Positions 16,207 through 28,400 of a DNA stretch of 64,000 bases are shown here, one piece after another. The notes under the pieces are model-generated. The model was not told the DNA's origin and made no database searches. It saw nothing but the letters and a program-made list of their open reading frames with translations. Every line of letters starts with the position of its first letter. The stretch's first letter is position 1. Source of the stretch: an uncultured virus (IMG/VR IMGVR_UViG_3300047319_000243) (lineage: Duplodnaviria > Heunggongvirae > Uroviricota > Caudoviricetes). Made by a program: the position numbers and the translations under genes. The stretch lies in IMG/VR virus record IMGVR_UViG_3300047319_000243. One strand, 5' to 3'.

Positions 16207-19092
16207 TTATGGCACGACGAGCGTAGTTTCTTCTGAAACTACCGCGAACGCAGAGTCGTCTCGTGACAACACTACGACCTGTTGGAGACCGGAGACCGCG
16301 AGCGCTTCGCTCACGGATGTGCTTGCAAACGCAGAGGGGCCGCCATGCAGAGCGGCGTGGGACCGGAGCAGCCCGGCGCGAGCGCGAGCGCCGACGCCAG
16401 ACAAGGGGAGTGCGAGAGACGCCTGCAGCTGGCCAGCGCGAACGCCGGCCACGAGGCCAAGGAGACCGAAGCCCGAAATCGAATGGACTTTGCCGGTGGC
16501 CGCCACGCGCGTGATGCCGCGAGCCACCGTGGGCTGAACAACGCCTGCGACGGCCTGCGCGTTGACGCCCGTGAGCGAAGTCGTCGTTTCGGTGCCGACG
16601 ACGCCCGGTGCCGCGCCGCTTGCGTCGACGCCCGTGATGTCCTGCCGGTAAACCGAGCCGGTGACGAGCGTGCCGGGGACGCAACTAATCGTCTTGCCGT
16701 GAACCGCCAGCGAGCGCTTCGCGCCGACCGAGCCGGCAGCCGCCGTGGCCGCGTTGCCGTCCAGCTGGATGACCTTGTTGTGCGTCAGGATCACGCTGCC
16801 GGCGCGGCCCGAGGCGTGAACGCGCGCCGTATCCACCGAGCGGTTTACCGATACGGGGGCGACACGGCCCGCAGCCTGCACGCCCGGCGCGGCGACGGTG
16901 CGCCCGGTCGAGTCGATGCCACCGGCCTGAGTTCCCGCTTGGTTGCCTGTAGGCGAGACGGTTAGTTGCGAAAGAGTGTTTCCTACGCGCGCGGTGCCAC
17001 CCACGCCCGCCAGCTGCGTATTTCGAGTGCTGATTGCAGCGCCTACGCGGCCCGTAGCAGCCGCTGCCGAGAGGGCGGTGGTGGATTGGTATGCCGGCGA
17101 GCCGACGCGGCCCGTGGCGACCGTTCCTGTGAGCGCGACGTTCTTCGAAACCTGCGTCACACCGACCGAGCCGACCCTCGCGGTGCCCTTGACGCCCGTG
17201 AGCGCCTTCGTGACCACCGCCGCAGGGGTGCCAACACGGCCGACACCCTTCGCGCCACCGACGCGCACCGTCGCGCTGCCGCTCGGCACACCGCCGATCA
17301 GGACGGCGATTTCCGTGCTGGGGCAGTTGGCCGTGGAGAGGCTGGTGTACGAGGCGACCGCGCTCGTGATGTTCGTCTGGAACCCGACCTGATACGAGCC
17401 GTTGGACTGCGTGAAGTCCGCGCCGGCATCGTTGAACGCGCCGAGCGAGAACGTGTTCGGGTTGTTCGTGAACCACGCAGCATGCAGCGCTTCGATCGAT
17501 GAGCCAGTCATCGTCGGCGTCATGGCCGGCAGCGGGTGGTTCGTGGTCTGCGGATAGGTCAGCGTCTCGTGGCCGGCCGCGTTGTCGATCTGCAGGTTGA
17601 TGCTGCCGACTGCGCGGTACAGCGCGACGTGCGCGGCCGTGACCGTCAGCGAGGCGAACGTGAAGGTCGGGTCAGGATCGCCGTTCGCGTAAATCTTTGC
17701 GTAGATGTTGCCGAGCGTGCCCGACTGCACCAGCGAGTAGCCGGAGGGCAGCCCGCTCGGCGTGCCACCGAGCAACGACACGAGCACCATGTCGCCGGGG
17801 TACGGGTAAATCTTCGAGAGCGCGCCCGTGATGGACAGTACACCCTGCGTCGGCGCGTTGATGTCCCCCTCGTTGACCACGGCCGAGGCGTTACCGGCCT
17901 GCGCGACCGCTGGCGTGCCCTGCGTGAGCGCGACGCCACCCGCGACCTTGAGCACCACTTGGAAACCGTGGTGCCAGTTCGGCGTCGTGTTGTCCTCGCC
18001 CGCCGCCGTGATCAGTTCGGCGTTGCCGGTGTTCGCGTTGCCCGTGAGCGTCTTATCGCCGATCCACGTCGACGGGCCGACACCCGCATCGTAGACGCGC
18101 TGCGTGAAGCCCGAGGGGACCGTCCACGCGCCCGCGTTTTGGCCGGCGGGGTAAGCCGTCGTCGAGAACATCGCCACGCATCGACCGCTGCCGTAGTACG
18201 GCATGACGGCGGGCGCGCGCAGCGGCCACTTGACGTTAGAAATATCGTACGCCGAGACCCCATCGCTGTAGATGTGGCCTTCGCTCCACCCGTCGATCGG
18301 AGTCAGCTGGTCGACGTTGTAATACGCCGCGCTGGCCGCGTCGATGCGCGCCGAATCGCTCGATGCGATCGCGATCGTCGTCGGGTCGCCAGACTGGAAC
18401 GTGCGGTAGAACAGCGCGTAGCCGATGCGCGCGGAGAGCGTCGTCCACCCGCTCGGGGGCGTGACCGTCCCGCTCGCGCTGTTCGTCGTGGCGAGCACCA
18501 GCACCACATCGCCGGGCGCGACACCCGCAGGCAGCGGCAGGGACACCGACGTGCCATTGTTGCGCGACCACGTTGACGCGCGGTAGATGACCCCCGAGAG
18601 GGCCGCCGCGGTGCCGACCTTACCTGTCGCCTTGTTGCCAGATAGCGCGAGCGTCGCCGACTTGCTCACGCCCACGCTGCCGCGTACGCCGGTCGCCTTG
18701 TTGCCAGTCAGCGCGCGGGTCACGCTGCTGTTCGTGACGCCCGCCGTGCCGACGCGACCCGTCGCCTTGTTGCCGCTGAGTGCGACCGTAGTCGAGCCAC
18801 TGCCCGTCGCGGTTGCCGTGCCGACGCTGCCGGTCGCCTTATTGCCTGTCAGCGCGCGCGTGACCGAGCCACTGGCAACGGTTGCCGTGCCGACTCTGCC
18901 CGTCGCCTTATTGCCGCTGAGCGCGATGACCCCCGGCGTGGCCGATGCCGGCGCGTAGCCGATCGGCTCGCCGTCCGAACCCCAGCCGAGATCGACAGTG
19001 GTGACACCGGATGCGGGCGCTTGGAGGTCGAACGGCGCGCCGTCGTCACCGAACCCAAGCGCGCGCAGGTCAGACGCTTGCGGCAGACTCAT
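16207..19092 (-). CDS. Tail fibre/receptor-binding protein with ALxGxxATGxVG repeats
   Basis: 961 aa, Gly/Thr/Ala-rich, repeated fibre motif, last gene of the structural operon. Confidence 0.75.
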   Translation of the reverse strand: MSLPQASDLRALGFGDDGAPFDLQAPASGVTTVDLGWGSDGEPIGYAPASATPGVIALSGNKATGRVGTATVASGSVTRALTGNKATGSVGTATATGSGSTTVALSGNKATGRVGTAGVTNSSVTRALTGNKATGVRGSVGVSKSATLALSGNKATGKVGTAAALSGVIYRASTWSRNNGTSVSLPLPAGVAPGDVVLVLATTNSASGTVTPPSGWTTLSARIGYALFYRTFQSGDPTTIAIASSDSARIDAASAAYYNVDQLTPIDGWSEGHIYSDGVSAYDISNVKWPLRAPAVMPYYGSGRCVAMFSTTAYPAGQNAGAWTVPSGFTQRVYDAGVGPSTWIGDKTLTGNANTGNAELITAAGEDNTTPNWHHGFQVVLKVAGGVALTQGTPAVAQAGNASAVVNEGDINAPTQGVLSITGALSKIYPYPGDMVLVSLLGGTPSGLPSGYSLVQSGTLGNIYAKIYANGDPDPTFTFASLTVTAAHVALYRAVGSINLQIDNAAGHETLTYPQTTNHPLPAMTPTMTGSSIEALHAAWFTNNPNTFSLGAFNDAGADFTQSNGSYQVGFQTNITSAVASYTSLSTANCPSTEIAVLIGGVPSGSATVRVGGAKGVGRVGTPAAVVTKALTGVKGTARVGSVGVTQVSKNVALTGTVATGRVGSPAYQSTTALSAAAATGRVGAAISTRNTQLAGVGGTARVGNTLSQLTVSPTGNQAGTQAGGIDSTGRTVAAPGVQAAGRVAPVSVNRSVDTARVHASGRAGSVILTHNKVIQLDGNAATAAAGSVGAKRSLAVHGKTISCVPGTLVTGSVYRQDITGVDASGAAPGVVGTETTTSLTGVNAQAVAGVVQPTVARGITRVAATGKVHSISGFGLLGLVAGVRAGQLQASLALPLSGVGARARAGLLRSHAALHGGPSAFASTSVSEALAVSGLQQVVVLSRDDSAFAVVSEETTLVVP

Positions 19093-21125
19093 GTCGAGGT
19101 CACTCCCATGTCACCGAACCAGACGCTTTGGCTGTTGGCGCTGGCGGAACCGGTCGGGACAGAGACGTAGCCATACACGTCCACCACACCGTCCTCGGTC
19201 GGGGTGAACGAGATCGTTACCTGCCCCCATGCGTTCGTCGCCGCACTCGCCGCCACGCTCTGATCACCCACGCCCGCCACGGCCCCGACCAACGTCATGA
19301 GGCCCGCGCCGAGGTTCGTCGCGTCACTGCGCTGGACCCACCCCGTCACCGTCACCGTCTTGCCGGCGAGCGCCGCGACGCGCATCAGCCGCGTGGTGTA
19401 CGGGGTGGAAGGGCTATACGCGCGGTAGTCGTTGAGAGTCGCCTTGACGCTCTGCGCAGTGGTGCCGTGCACAACCGACTGATCCACCGTTTGCGTCATC
19501 TGCATGGTGTAGACGCGGTTATCCCACCGCGCACCGCCCACCGCCGTCATGCGCACGACGGACGCGCTCATGCTGATCACGGGCGCGCCGGAGGCGAAGG
19601 ACGGACGTTCGAGGATGGTCGTCGAGCTGTTTGACCCGACCACGTCGGTCGTGTTGTTGGCGAACTTCGTGCCGCGCACGCGCGCAAACGCCCCGTAATT
19701 GTTGCCGTTGTAGTACGTATAAACTGCGTTCGTCGCGCTATCGATCTGGCCGATCCAAATATCGTACAGCCGGTCAGGGACACTACACCCGAGCCAGATG
19801 CCAACATTGCACCCGGTCAGACGGCGAACGCGAATCTTCACCGGCCAGTAATACTCGGTGTTGACGTACACGAAGTTGCTGCCGCATCCGAACACCCCGT
19901 AGTCAAGTTCGTAGTCGCACGCCCCCACCACAACGCCAAGGTTCGGGTACGTCGACCAGAACTGCGAGCAATCGACCAATCCAACCCATTTGCAGATGCG
20001 CCCCTGCTGCCCCCCGAACGCGAGCGCCTCACCGGTCGAGCCGATGCCCCCGAAGGTCGAGTCAGGGAAAATATGCCAGTTGAACCCGTTACCGCTGGAC
20101 CCGTTGGCCCAAAAATTCGCTTGGATGCGCAGGCCGTTAAACCACGTCTGGCCGGTCTGAGTCGACATCGCGGTGCGATCCCATCCGCCCGTCCACGTGA
20201 TCGGACTGGCCATCGTGCCGGACCCCTTGGGGACGCATGTCGTGGTGCTGTAGCGCGGGCGCAAACCGACCATCGAGTAGGTCGGCACCGTTTCGGTCGT
20301 GCCGTAATACACGCGCGACCCCGACGCACGCCCCGTGTCCGTCTGCTGGCCAAGGTTGACCGTCGTGCCGTCGATGTACTGAACCGAATACCACTCAGGC
20401 TCGCCGGTCGTGTTCTTGCCGATCACGCAGCAGTGCGACAGATGCCCCGGCGTGTGCGGCGCCGTGGTCGCGATGATGTTGCCGAAATACAAGTTGCCGC
20501 TACTGCTGAACGGCTTGACGGATACGTAGATCGCGATGCTGTTGATGCCGGATGGCAGCGGATTGCCGCCGTTCTCCCACAGCATCGGGACGCCGGACGG
20601 CCCGCCGATGGCCGATGCGAACGTGTCCTGCGTGAGATAGACGATCGGCACCTGCCCGGCGCTATCGGAGCACAGCGCGAGCCGCACGACCCCTGTCGCC
20701 AGCGAAGTGCCGCTGTAGCCGAAGTTGCAGGAAAGGCACGAGTAGGCGCTCAGGTCGAGATTGCTGAGGGCCTTATACGCGACCAAACCAGTCGTGAACG
20801 CGCTCGCCAGCGTGAACGCCAGCTGCTGCGCGCCGTACCGGCGCGCCGTCGTGTTGAACGTGTTCGTGACGTTCGCCGCAGCCGTCCACGTGTTCGACGG
20901 GAAGCCGTTGTCGATCGTGTAGGTCAGGGCCGAAGCGAGCGTCACATTGCCGCTGTTGCTCGTCCACGTCGCGTTGCCGACGCTCTGCGCGGCTGGGCTG
21001 GCGATCACACGTACGCTGTCCCCGGCCGCAGGCGTAAACGCGCTGAAGGACTTCACGCGGTTCGCGAACGAATTACCGCTATTCGAGTCGTTCCCGCCTT
21101 CGGGGTCAACGTACCAAGTCGCCAT
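19089..21125 (-). CDS. Tail spike/fibre-like protein
   Basis: N-terminal WYVDPEGGNDSNSG motif; beta-rich, 678 aa. Confidence 0.7.
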   Translation of the reverse strand: MATWYVDPEGGNDSNSGNSFANRVKSFSAFTPAAGDSVRVIASPAAQSVGNATWTSNSGNVTLASALTYTIDNGFPSNTWTAAANVTNTFNTTARRYGAQQLAFTLASAFTTGLVAYKALSNLDLSAYSCLSCNFGYSGTSLATGVVRLALCSDSAGQVPIVYLTQDTFASAIGGPSGVPMLWENGGNPLPSGINSIAIYVSVKPFSSSGNLYFGNIIATTAPHTPGHLSHCCVIGKNTTGEPEWYSVQYIDGTTVNLGQQTDTGRASGSRVYYGTTETVPTYSMVGLRPRYSTTTCVPKGSGTMASPITWTGGWDRTAMSTQTGQTWFNGLRIQANFWANGSSGNGFNWHIFPDSTFGGIGSTGEALAFGGQQGRICKWVGLVDCSQFWSTYPNLGVVVGACDYELDYGVFGCGSNFVYVNTEYYWPVKIRVRRLTGCNVGIWLGCSVPDRLYDIWIGQIDSATNAVYTYYNGNNYGAFARVRGTKFANNTTDVVGSNSSTTILERPSFASGAPVISMSASVVRMTAVGGARWDNRVYTMQMTQTVDQSVVHGTTAQSVKATLNDYRAYSPSTPYTTRLMRVAALAGKTVTVTGWVQRSDATNLGAGLMTLVGAVAGVGDQSVAASAATNAWGQVTISFTPTEDGVVDVYGYVSVPTGSASANSQSVWFGDMGVTST

Positions 21126-21136
21126 AGCTCAGCCTC

Positions 21137-21595
21137 TTAGTCGATTTCGATCAGCGCCGTGCCGACAGCGTTCGTCGGCATCGTGAGCGTGAGCGTGCCG
21201 GCCGTGATGGTCTGCGCGCCGAAGGTGTGGACCGAGACGGCGTTCTTGCCGGCGGCCGTGCCGTTGTAGATCAGCACGGTGTCGAACGAGGTCGAGAGCG
21301 TGACGCCCGAGAACACGATCGAGGCCGAAGGCGTGACGATCGCCGAGGTGCCCGAACTCGACGGCGCGGTGCCGAACGAGACGTTCACGCCCCCAGCGGT
21401 GTAGCCGGTGCCCGAGACTTCGCCAGTCGTCGTGTAAGCGGTGGTCGCCGCGCCGAGCGAGGCCGATGCCAGAAAGAGGGCGGCCTTGAAGGTGTCCGCG
21501 ACTGCGCTGCCGCGCGTGGGCGGCACGCCGAAAGCGTGAACGCCGTTGAGCAGATCGACCTTGAAGGACGTGCACATTGCTTGGGTGTTTGCCAT
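21137..21595 (-). CDS. Virion structural (tail-associated) protein
   Basis: SFK.DLL.G.H.F...DTFKAAL...EVSGTGYTAGG motif of phage tail proteins. Confidence 0.75.
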   Translation of the reverse strand: MANTQAMCTSFKVDLLNGVHAFGVPPTRGSAVADTFKAALFLASASLGAATTAYTTTGEVSGTGYTAGGVNVSFGTAPSSSGTSAIVTPSASIVFSGVTLSTSFDTVLIYNGTAAGKNAVSVHTFGAQTITAGTLTLTMPTNAVGTALIEID

Positions 21596-21604
21596 GGTGG
21601 CTCC

Positions 21605-21802
21605 TTAACCGAAAGTTGCGATTGCGCCGTCAGCGAACACCGTCTTGAGGTGCACATGGGCGCTGCGATGAACCATGGAGCCGTCCGCAGGCAGGTGGTA
21701 CTGCACCCAGCGAACAACTTCCTCGTCGTTTTCGAACCCGCCTTCGAGCTTCAGAAGTTCGGATTCCTCAACTTCTCCGTGAATCGTATTGATCAGTGCC
21801 AT
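21605..21802 (-). CDS. Hypothetical protein
   Basis: 65-aa ORF in the structural operon. Confidence 0.65.
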   Translation of the reverse strand: MALINTIHGEVEESELLKLEGGFENDEEVVRWVQYHLPADGSMVHRSAHVHLKTVFADGAIATFG

Positions 21803-21808
21803 AGCGCT

Positions 21809-22393
21809 TTAGTTAATGGTGATGGTGCCAGTCAGCAGGCGCGTCACTACGCCGCCGCTGTCGGTTGCGTCGAGCACGTAATAGCCGAGATTCCACGCCA
21901 GCCCTGCGGTCTGCAGTTCCGGGATGATCGTCAGGTCGTGCGGGTCGACAAAAATGCCCACGCCCTGTGCGAGCGTGACGAGCGGGGTGCCCGTGTGGTT
22001 CGGGTTGTCGTAGACCGACATGCCGAGCGTCATGCCGTCGAGCGCCATCGGCGTGCTGAACACCAGAAAGCCGCCCGAGGTGTACGCCGAGAAGTCGGCC
22101 GAGTTCACGTCGTTGAACGCCACCTGATCGGCGCTGACGATCGTCGCGCGGTGCCAGTCAGCACCCTGCGGCGGGTAACGCGTCGCGTTGATCTGCGACA
22201 TGCCGTGCGCGGAGACGACAGCCACCGGCCAGCCCGGCGGGACACCGTGACCGGGAGCGGTAATAACTGCTGGCGCAGTTTGCGAGATCGCCGTGATCGG
22301 CACCGCGCTCAGTTCGTCCGTCCCCCACCTCACGGTGGGGTGGAACGTCGCGCCGGCACTTACACAGAAGTCCTTATTAATTACACAATCCAC
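21809..22393 (-). CDS. Virion/tail-associated protein
   Basis: ITAISQTAPAVIT...HG motif; structural operon. Confidence 0.65.
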   Translation of the reverse strand: MDCVINKDFCVSAGATFHPTVRWGTDELSAVPITAISQTAPAVITAPGHGVPPGWPVAVVSAHGMSQINATRYPPQGADWHRATIVSADQVAFNDVNSADFSAYTSGGFLVFSTPMALDGMTLGMSVYDNPNHTGTPLVTLAQGVGIFVDPHDLTIIPELQTAGLAWNLGYYVLDATDSGGVVTRLLTGTITIN

Positions 22394-22430
22394 GTGTGCC
22401 CCCGTTCGAATAGGCTGAAGTGTACATTGG

Positions 22431-25400
22431 TTATTGCTTCGTGGGCATCGCCGCGTAACCCAGCTGTTCCTTGGCTACAGGCATCTGGCGCTTGGTGACT
22501 GCGATGCCGAGACCCGCGCCGAGGGCGTTCTCCGTGAGGTGGCGGCGCACGATGCTCGACAGATCGGTGATCGCCTGCGTCGGGTTCGCGCGGTTGTAAT
22601 CGCCGACCATTTCGAGCGCGTTCGTCATGTCGCCCGGGTCTTTCGACTGCGTGGCCTTGAACACCCGATCGCCAATGATCTCGCGGCGATGCTGCAAGAT
22701 TTGCTGGTTCTCGGAGAACTCATGCGCCGCTTCGTCGCGCGTCGCCTTCTCGGCCGTGCGGAAGCCGGCCGCCTGCAGGCCGATGTCCCATGCGCCTGCG
22801 TCGTTGAGCGGGGCCGGCAGCTTGTTGCCCTTGGCGTCGGTGTAGCCGCCGGGGCCGATCGCGCCCGCGAGTTCCGCCGCCTTGTAATACGGCTTGATAC
22901 CCGAGGGCAGCATGTTCTCCAGCCCCTTGATGTAGTTGCCTTCCATCATCGTATGCGCGCCGAGGCCCACATCGATCAAGCCGTTGAGCGCCGGGCCGAG
23001 CAGCTGCTGCGACTGCTCGCCGATCTTGTCCTTCAGCTGCGCGCGCGAGGCGAGGAATTCGCTGCCGGGCAGCAGGTTTTCGAGGCCGAAGGTCGAGGTG
23101 TCCATGTTGATCAGCGACCCCGCGCCGTGCGCAATGAAGTCGCCCGTGCCTTGCCCGAACGTGTTCGTCAGGAAGTTGCGGAAGTCGCCGCGGATATCGC
23201 TCGGGTCGTCGTTGTCTTTCATCAACGTGTTGTAGACACCCGCGAACGCATTGGCGAACGGCAGGCCGAGCGCGCCGGAAATCGCGAAGGTCGCCGCCAT
23301 CAGGCCGCCGAACTCGCGGCGCGACTCCTTGATGCGCTGCTGGCCCTCGGGCGTGCTCTTGTCCTTGGCGAAATAGCCGTCCTGCACCGTGCGCACGATC
23401 TGCTGCATCGTCTGCAAGTTGTAATTCATGAAGCTCGTGAACAGCGGCGTGGACCTGCCGGCGAACCCGAACTTGCCGATCTGGCGTGCGGTGTTGTCCG
23501 GGTCGAAGTTGTCCATCGCGTTGTTGATCGCTTCGTGCGCCCAGTCGGTCGCGCCGTTCACGTCCATCGGCCGGAAGCCCTTGGAGCCGGCGCGCGCCAT
23601 GCGATAGGCCGCGAGGCCAACGGTCAAGCGGTTGGTCATTTCGGCGTACTGCGCCGACATCGAGGCGAGGCGCGCCATGTCCTGCTGACGCTGCGTGGAG
23701 CCTTCCATCGCGTGCTGCAGCTGCTGCGCTTGGCCGAGCTTGAGCACGCCGCGATCGTGCATTTCCTGAACGAATGCCTTGTCCTCGGGGTTCAGGCCCG
23801 GCATGTTGTCGAACTTCATGCCGGTGCTCATGACGCCGTGGATGCCATCAGCACCCCAGCCTGCCGCGATCGAGTTGCGGATCACGTTCATCGCGGTGCC
23901 AGTGGCCTTCGCCATTTCCTTCGCCGCGCCGACGAAGCCGTAGCGTGCACCGAGGATCGGCACCCCCCGATGGTAGGGTTGCGCCATCGTGCGAATGAAG
24001 AAAGCGGGCGACACAGCCAGATAGAAGCTATGGCCGAACGAGTTCAGCATGTTGATGTGCGTGTTGTCCACACGCGTCATGCCGTTCTGGTAGCGCTTGT
24101 TGATCTCGCCCGAGACCATCGTTGCGCGCGCCGCTGCGTCGCCATCCGCACCGCGATTCATCAACTCGTTGGAGGATTTCATATCCCTCAGCGATTGAGC
24201 GAACTGGCGGTTGGTGTACGCGTTGCTCAAGTCCTGCACGGTGCCGCTCGCGCGGCGCGCGAAGTTGCCGACGAAATCGCCGTCGTAACCGGGCACGCCC
24301 TTGCGTTCCATCTTCGCGCTGCGGCCCGCCGTCTCCGGCAGCATCGAGAGCAGCTGGCGCGTGATGTTCTGTTTGACGGCCATCTGTTGCTCGGGCGTAA
24401 GCGACGTGTCGATGTTCGCATTGTCGTGCAGCGAGCGCTCCAGCTGACGCAGGGCAGGGGTGATGCCCGCCGCGCCCTGCATGTCGTTGATCGTGAGCAT
24501 GCCACGGCTCGACTGCGGCACGTCGATCACGTCAGCGCCGCCGGCCTTCACGAGCTTGTCGAACAGGCCCTGCGCCTGATCGAGCGAGTCCACGCGGAAA
24601 AACGCGTTTTTCTGATCGCGCAGATTGCCCAGCACCTTGTTCGAACCGCCGAGCGCCTGCTCCAGCTTCGCCTGCACGGCCGGCGTGATCTGCGCGCCGT
24701 CCTTGAACTTGATGTTGACGTAGTGATCGCCGTCGCGGCCGAGCGAGAAGTACGGGGCCTTGGTCTGCGCGTAATACATGCGCTTGATCTCAGCGAGGCC
24801 GTTCTGCAGCGGGGAACCCTCGGGCAAGTCCTTCGCCTCGGTGAACATGTCGCGCACGCGCTGGTCGAGCGCCGACGCAGCGCCGTCCAGATGCAGATCG
24901 GCGTTGGCGTTCGTCGCACCCTGCAACGACTTGTCCATGAAGTCCATCAGCGGCATGTGCTTGGCCGCGAAATCGGACTGCGCACGCGCGAGGGCCAGCT
25001 GGTTCTCCAGACGCGCGCGGGCTTCGTCGCCCGGCTGCAGGCGCGCGATCTCCGCTTCGAGACGCGGCACCACGCCCGTGTGCACGCTCATCAGGTTCGA
25101 CGAGATCGAGGCCACCGTCTGCACGTACGTCTTGCGGTTCTGCTGCGCGCCTTCGATGAGCGTTTTCTGCAACGGCTCGGGCAGCTGACGGAACTCGCGA
25201 TGGATCGCGTTCACGTAGTCGGCGTTGGCCCCCAGTGCCTTGTCGATCTTGAGGTTGTCGGCGTAATTCTTCGTGAAGTCGAAGCCGTTGATCGACGCCT
25301 CGCCCGCGATGCGCATGAGCTTGAGGTTGAACGCCTTGGCGTCCTTCGTCGCACGCAGCGCCGCCTTGGCGCGCTCGCTGTACTCGCCGAGCGACTGGCT

Positions 25401-28400
25401 CAGCTGCTCAGCCACGACACGGCGCGCGTCGCGCGCGGCGCGGTAGCCGTCAACCGCTTTAGCGAAACCAGACTCGACCATGGCCGGCGTCGTGCGCACT
25501 TGATGCGCAATGAAGTCGACGGTTTTCCAGCCTAGCATCTTTTGGAAGAGGCCCCGGTTCGCGGTCGGCAGCTTGTCGGTGATGCGCTCGATGTGATCGG
25601 CCGCGCTCGCCATGGAGTGCAGCACTTGGTCCGTCGAGTGGAGCGCGCCAGCCGGAGACGAGTCGAAATCGCGCTGCATCTTGGCCACGTCGAAATACTC
25701 GTCGTTGAGGCTCATGGCGCGGTCGAAGAACGAAGCGGCCGGGGCCGGCTTGCCGGTTGCGCCGAACAGCTTCTTGACGAAATCCACAGCACGTTGCCAC
25801 AGCGACTTGGGCGCGGCGTTGCCTTCGGCGGCCGGCACGGTGTCCTTCAGGAACTGCTGGAACGACGGGTTCGAGTTGAGTTCCGCGAGGAATTCGTGGT
25901 TGTTCGTGAGGCCGTACTCGTGCGCGTACTTGTCGGCCGACGCGTGCAGGATCACCTCGTTGCGCAGCGCTTCGAGTTCCTGCCCCATACGCAGCATGCG
26001 CGCTTCAAATTGGGACTTGGGCACGTAGCCGCGCGCGACGGCCTGCCGCAGACCATCCGCGAAGTTGATCAGGTGCGCCTGCGCCGCGTGCGTCGCCTCG
26101 TGCAGCAGGGTCGATTCGGTCATGCCGCGACGGAACAGATCGATCGCGTCGTGCGCGGGCGTGTACTGGCCGAGCGTGTCCACGTCCCTCGGGTGATCCA
26201 TGTCACCGTGCCCCATGATCTTCGTGGGCAGGTTCAGGCTCTGCAGGAACTTGGCGTACGTGCGCACCCAGCCCTTCGAACCGTTCTCGGCGAGGTTGCC
26301 CAGCACGTCATGCAGCTTGCCCTCAACGTGTTGACCGCCGATCGAGTCGAGCAGGTTCGGGTTCGTCTGGCCCGGCAGGTTCGAACGGCTCGCAAGCGTC
26401 TCGCCGGTCTGGCCATCGAGCGCGTCGCGGCCATACTCCAGCATGCCGTCGATGTAGTCGTTCGCGCGCTTGCTGCCGTCGCTCATGTCCTTGAACTTGC
26501 GGCCCGTCATGTCCTTGAACGCGTTGAGCAGCGACTGCACGTGCGTAGCGTGTTCGGCCTGCTCGGGCGTGAGCGTGCCCTTAGCCGCGTACTCATCGGC
26601 CACGGACTTGAGCGCGTCGCGCATGTCGAACGCTTGCTCGATGGGCTTCTTCCCGGTGTTGTCGGGCAGGGTGGCCATCACGCGCGCGGTGCCGGCGGGC
26701 GGCGGCGTATCGAGCGGGCTTGCGATCGGCTTAGCGGGTTCTGCCGGGGCTTCCGGGGGGTTCGCCTTAGCGCGCGAGTCTTGCAGATTGTCGAGGCGCT
26801 TCTGCTGGTCGGCCTGCATCCGCCCCCAATCGGCCTCGCTCATGTGGTCGGGGCGGCCTTCCTCCGCGCTCCGCTTTACCGCCGCTTCGGACTGAGCGAT
26901 CTGCTCATCCAGAAACCGGTTGTACACATCGCGCACTGCCGGATCGCGGCGCGCGCGGCCTTCCCATGCCGCCTCGCCTGCCTCGGTCAAGATGCTGCTC
27001 GGCTTCAACGGCCCCACGCTCTCGCCGTAGTGGTCGTACATGGCTGACGCGACGCCTTGGCGCTTCCAGTCATCGTGCGTGCCGACCCATGCCGCGAAAG
27101 CATTAGGATCGCCATGATTGAACTCCGTGGACAACTCACCGATCTCGTTACCGGCCTCGTCGCGCGCGACAATTCGGCCCTCGTTCGGGTCGTACTCGGT
27201 TGTGTACTTGCGTCCGTCCTTCGTGGCGCGCTGCGCGATGTCGGTGACAGGCACGCGCGGGTTCGGGCCTTGCGCGACGGGCAGTTGGTTCGCCTTGTAG
27301 CCCTCTGCGGGCGCGGCCGGTTCCTCGGCCTTCGGCATCGCTTCCTTCCACTGGTCGGAGAGCGCCTGCAGGCGGTCGCGCGTGGCTTGCCCCAACTTCT
27401 TGTCGGATTGCAGCAGGCCATCCACCGCGTCGATCTGCTCTTGATGCGATGCCATCTTGTCGATGCCGAGCGCGTCCAGTTGCTTCTGCACCGGGATCAG
27501 CGCCTGCTTCTTGATCGTGTCGTCGCCCGTCACCGCCTTGTTCGCTGCGGTGATGTCGCTCGTGATCTCGTCGGCGGCCTTCGGCGCGTTCGCCTCGCGC
27601 GGCGCGGGCGTGGCAGTTTCAGGCGGTGTTTCTGCTTTCGCCTCAACAGGTTGCGCGCTGGTCCCCTCATTCGTGGGGGTAGCAGCGGCCGGCGCTTCGG
27701 TCTGCTCGGGGTACAGCTGGTTCGCGCGCTCCTGCACCGTGAGTTCGCGCTCGTGGCCGTTCGCGGCGTCCTGCGCCCACACGCCAGACGGCGCGTTGAA
27801 CGCGGCCTCGGCGTCGGCCTTGGCGGCGTCGGTCTGCTTCTTCGTCGGCTTGCGCGAGTCGGCACCCGTCAACTGGTTGATGAATGCCTGCGTCGACATC
27901 GCGGGCGGCGTCTGCGGCAGCTGCACCGCTTCGGCCGGCGCGGCGGGCGCGCTCAGGTCGAGTTGACCCTGATCACCAGTTTGCTCGGGCGCGGCCGGCT
28001 GCTCGAACAGATCGCCCTGATTCGGGTTCTCGGCAGGAGCCTCGCGCATGCCGCCACCGCCGAACATGTCGCCTTGCTCGCCCGGTTGCAGCGGCGCACC
28101 AGCTTCGGCCGCCGGGGGCGCGCCAAACATTTCGCGCTGGCCATCGGTGTACTGCGGACCCTGAATCGAGTCCGGCGTGAACAGGCTCGCGTCGATCGGC
28201 AGCGGATTGTTTTCGCGGATCGCGTTCTCAGCGTTCTGGCGGAACGCGGCGGCGGCATTCGGATCGGCCTTGGCGAGTGCTGCGGCGTACTGATCCGCCA
28301 GCTGCCCACGAATCTCAGGCGTCGCTTCCGTACCTGCCAACATGTCGGCGCGTGACTTCGCGTTGCGCACGGCGAGCGCCTTGCCCGCGAGACCGAGCGG

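Noticed and set aside
16207..21125. Diversity-generating retroelement or invertible tail-fibre switch
   Set aside because: No reverse transcriptase, no adenine-specific repeat pair and no inverted fibre cassette; the recombinase is over 30 kb away.
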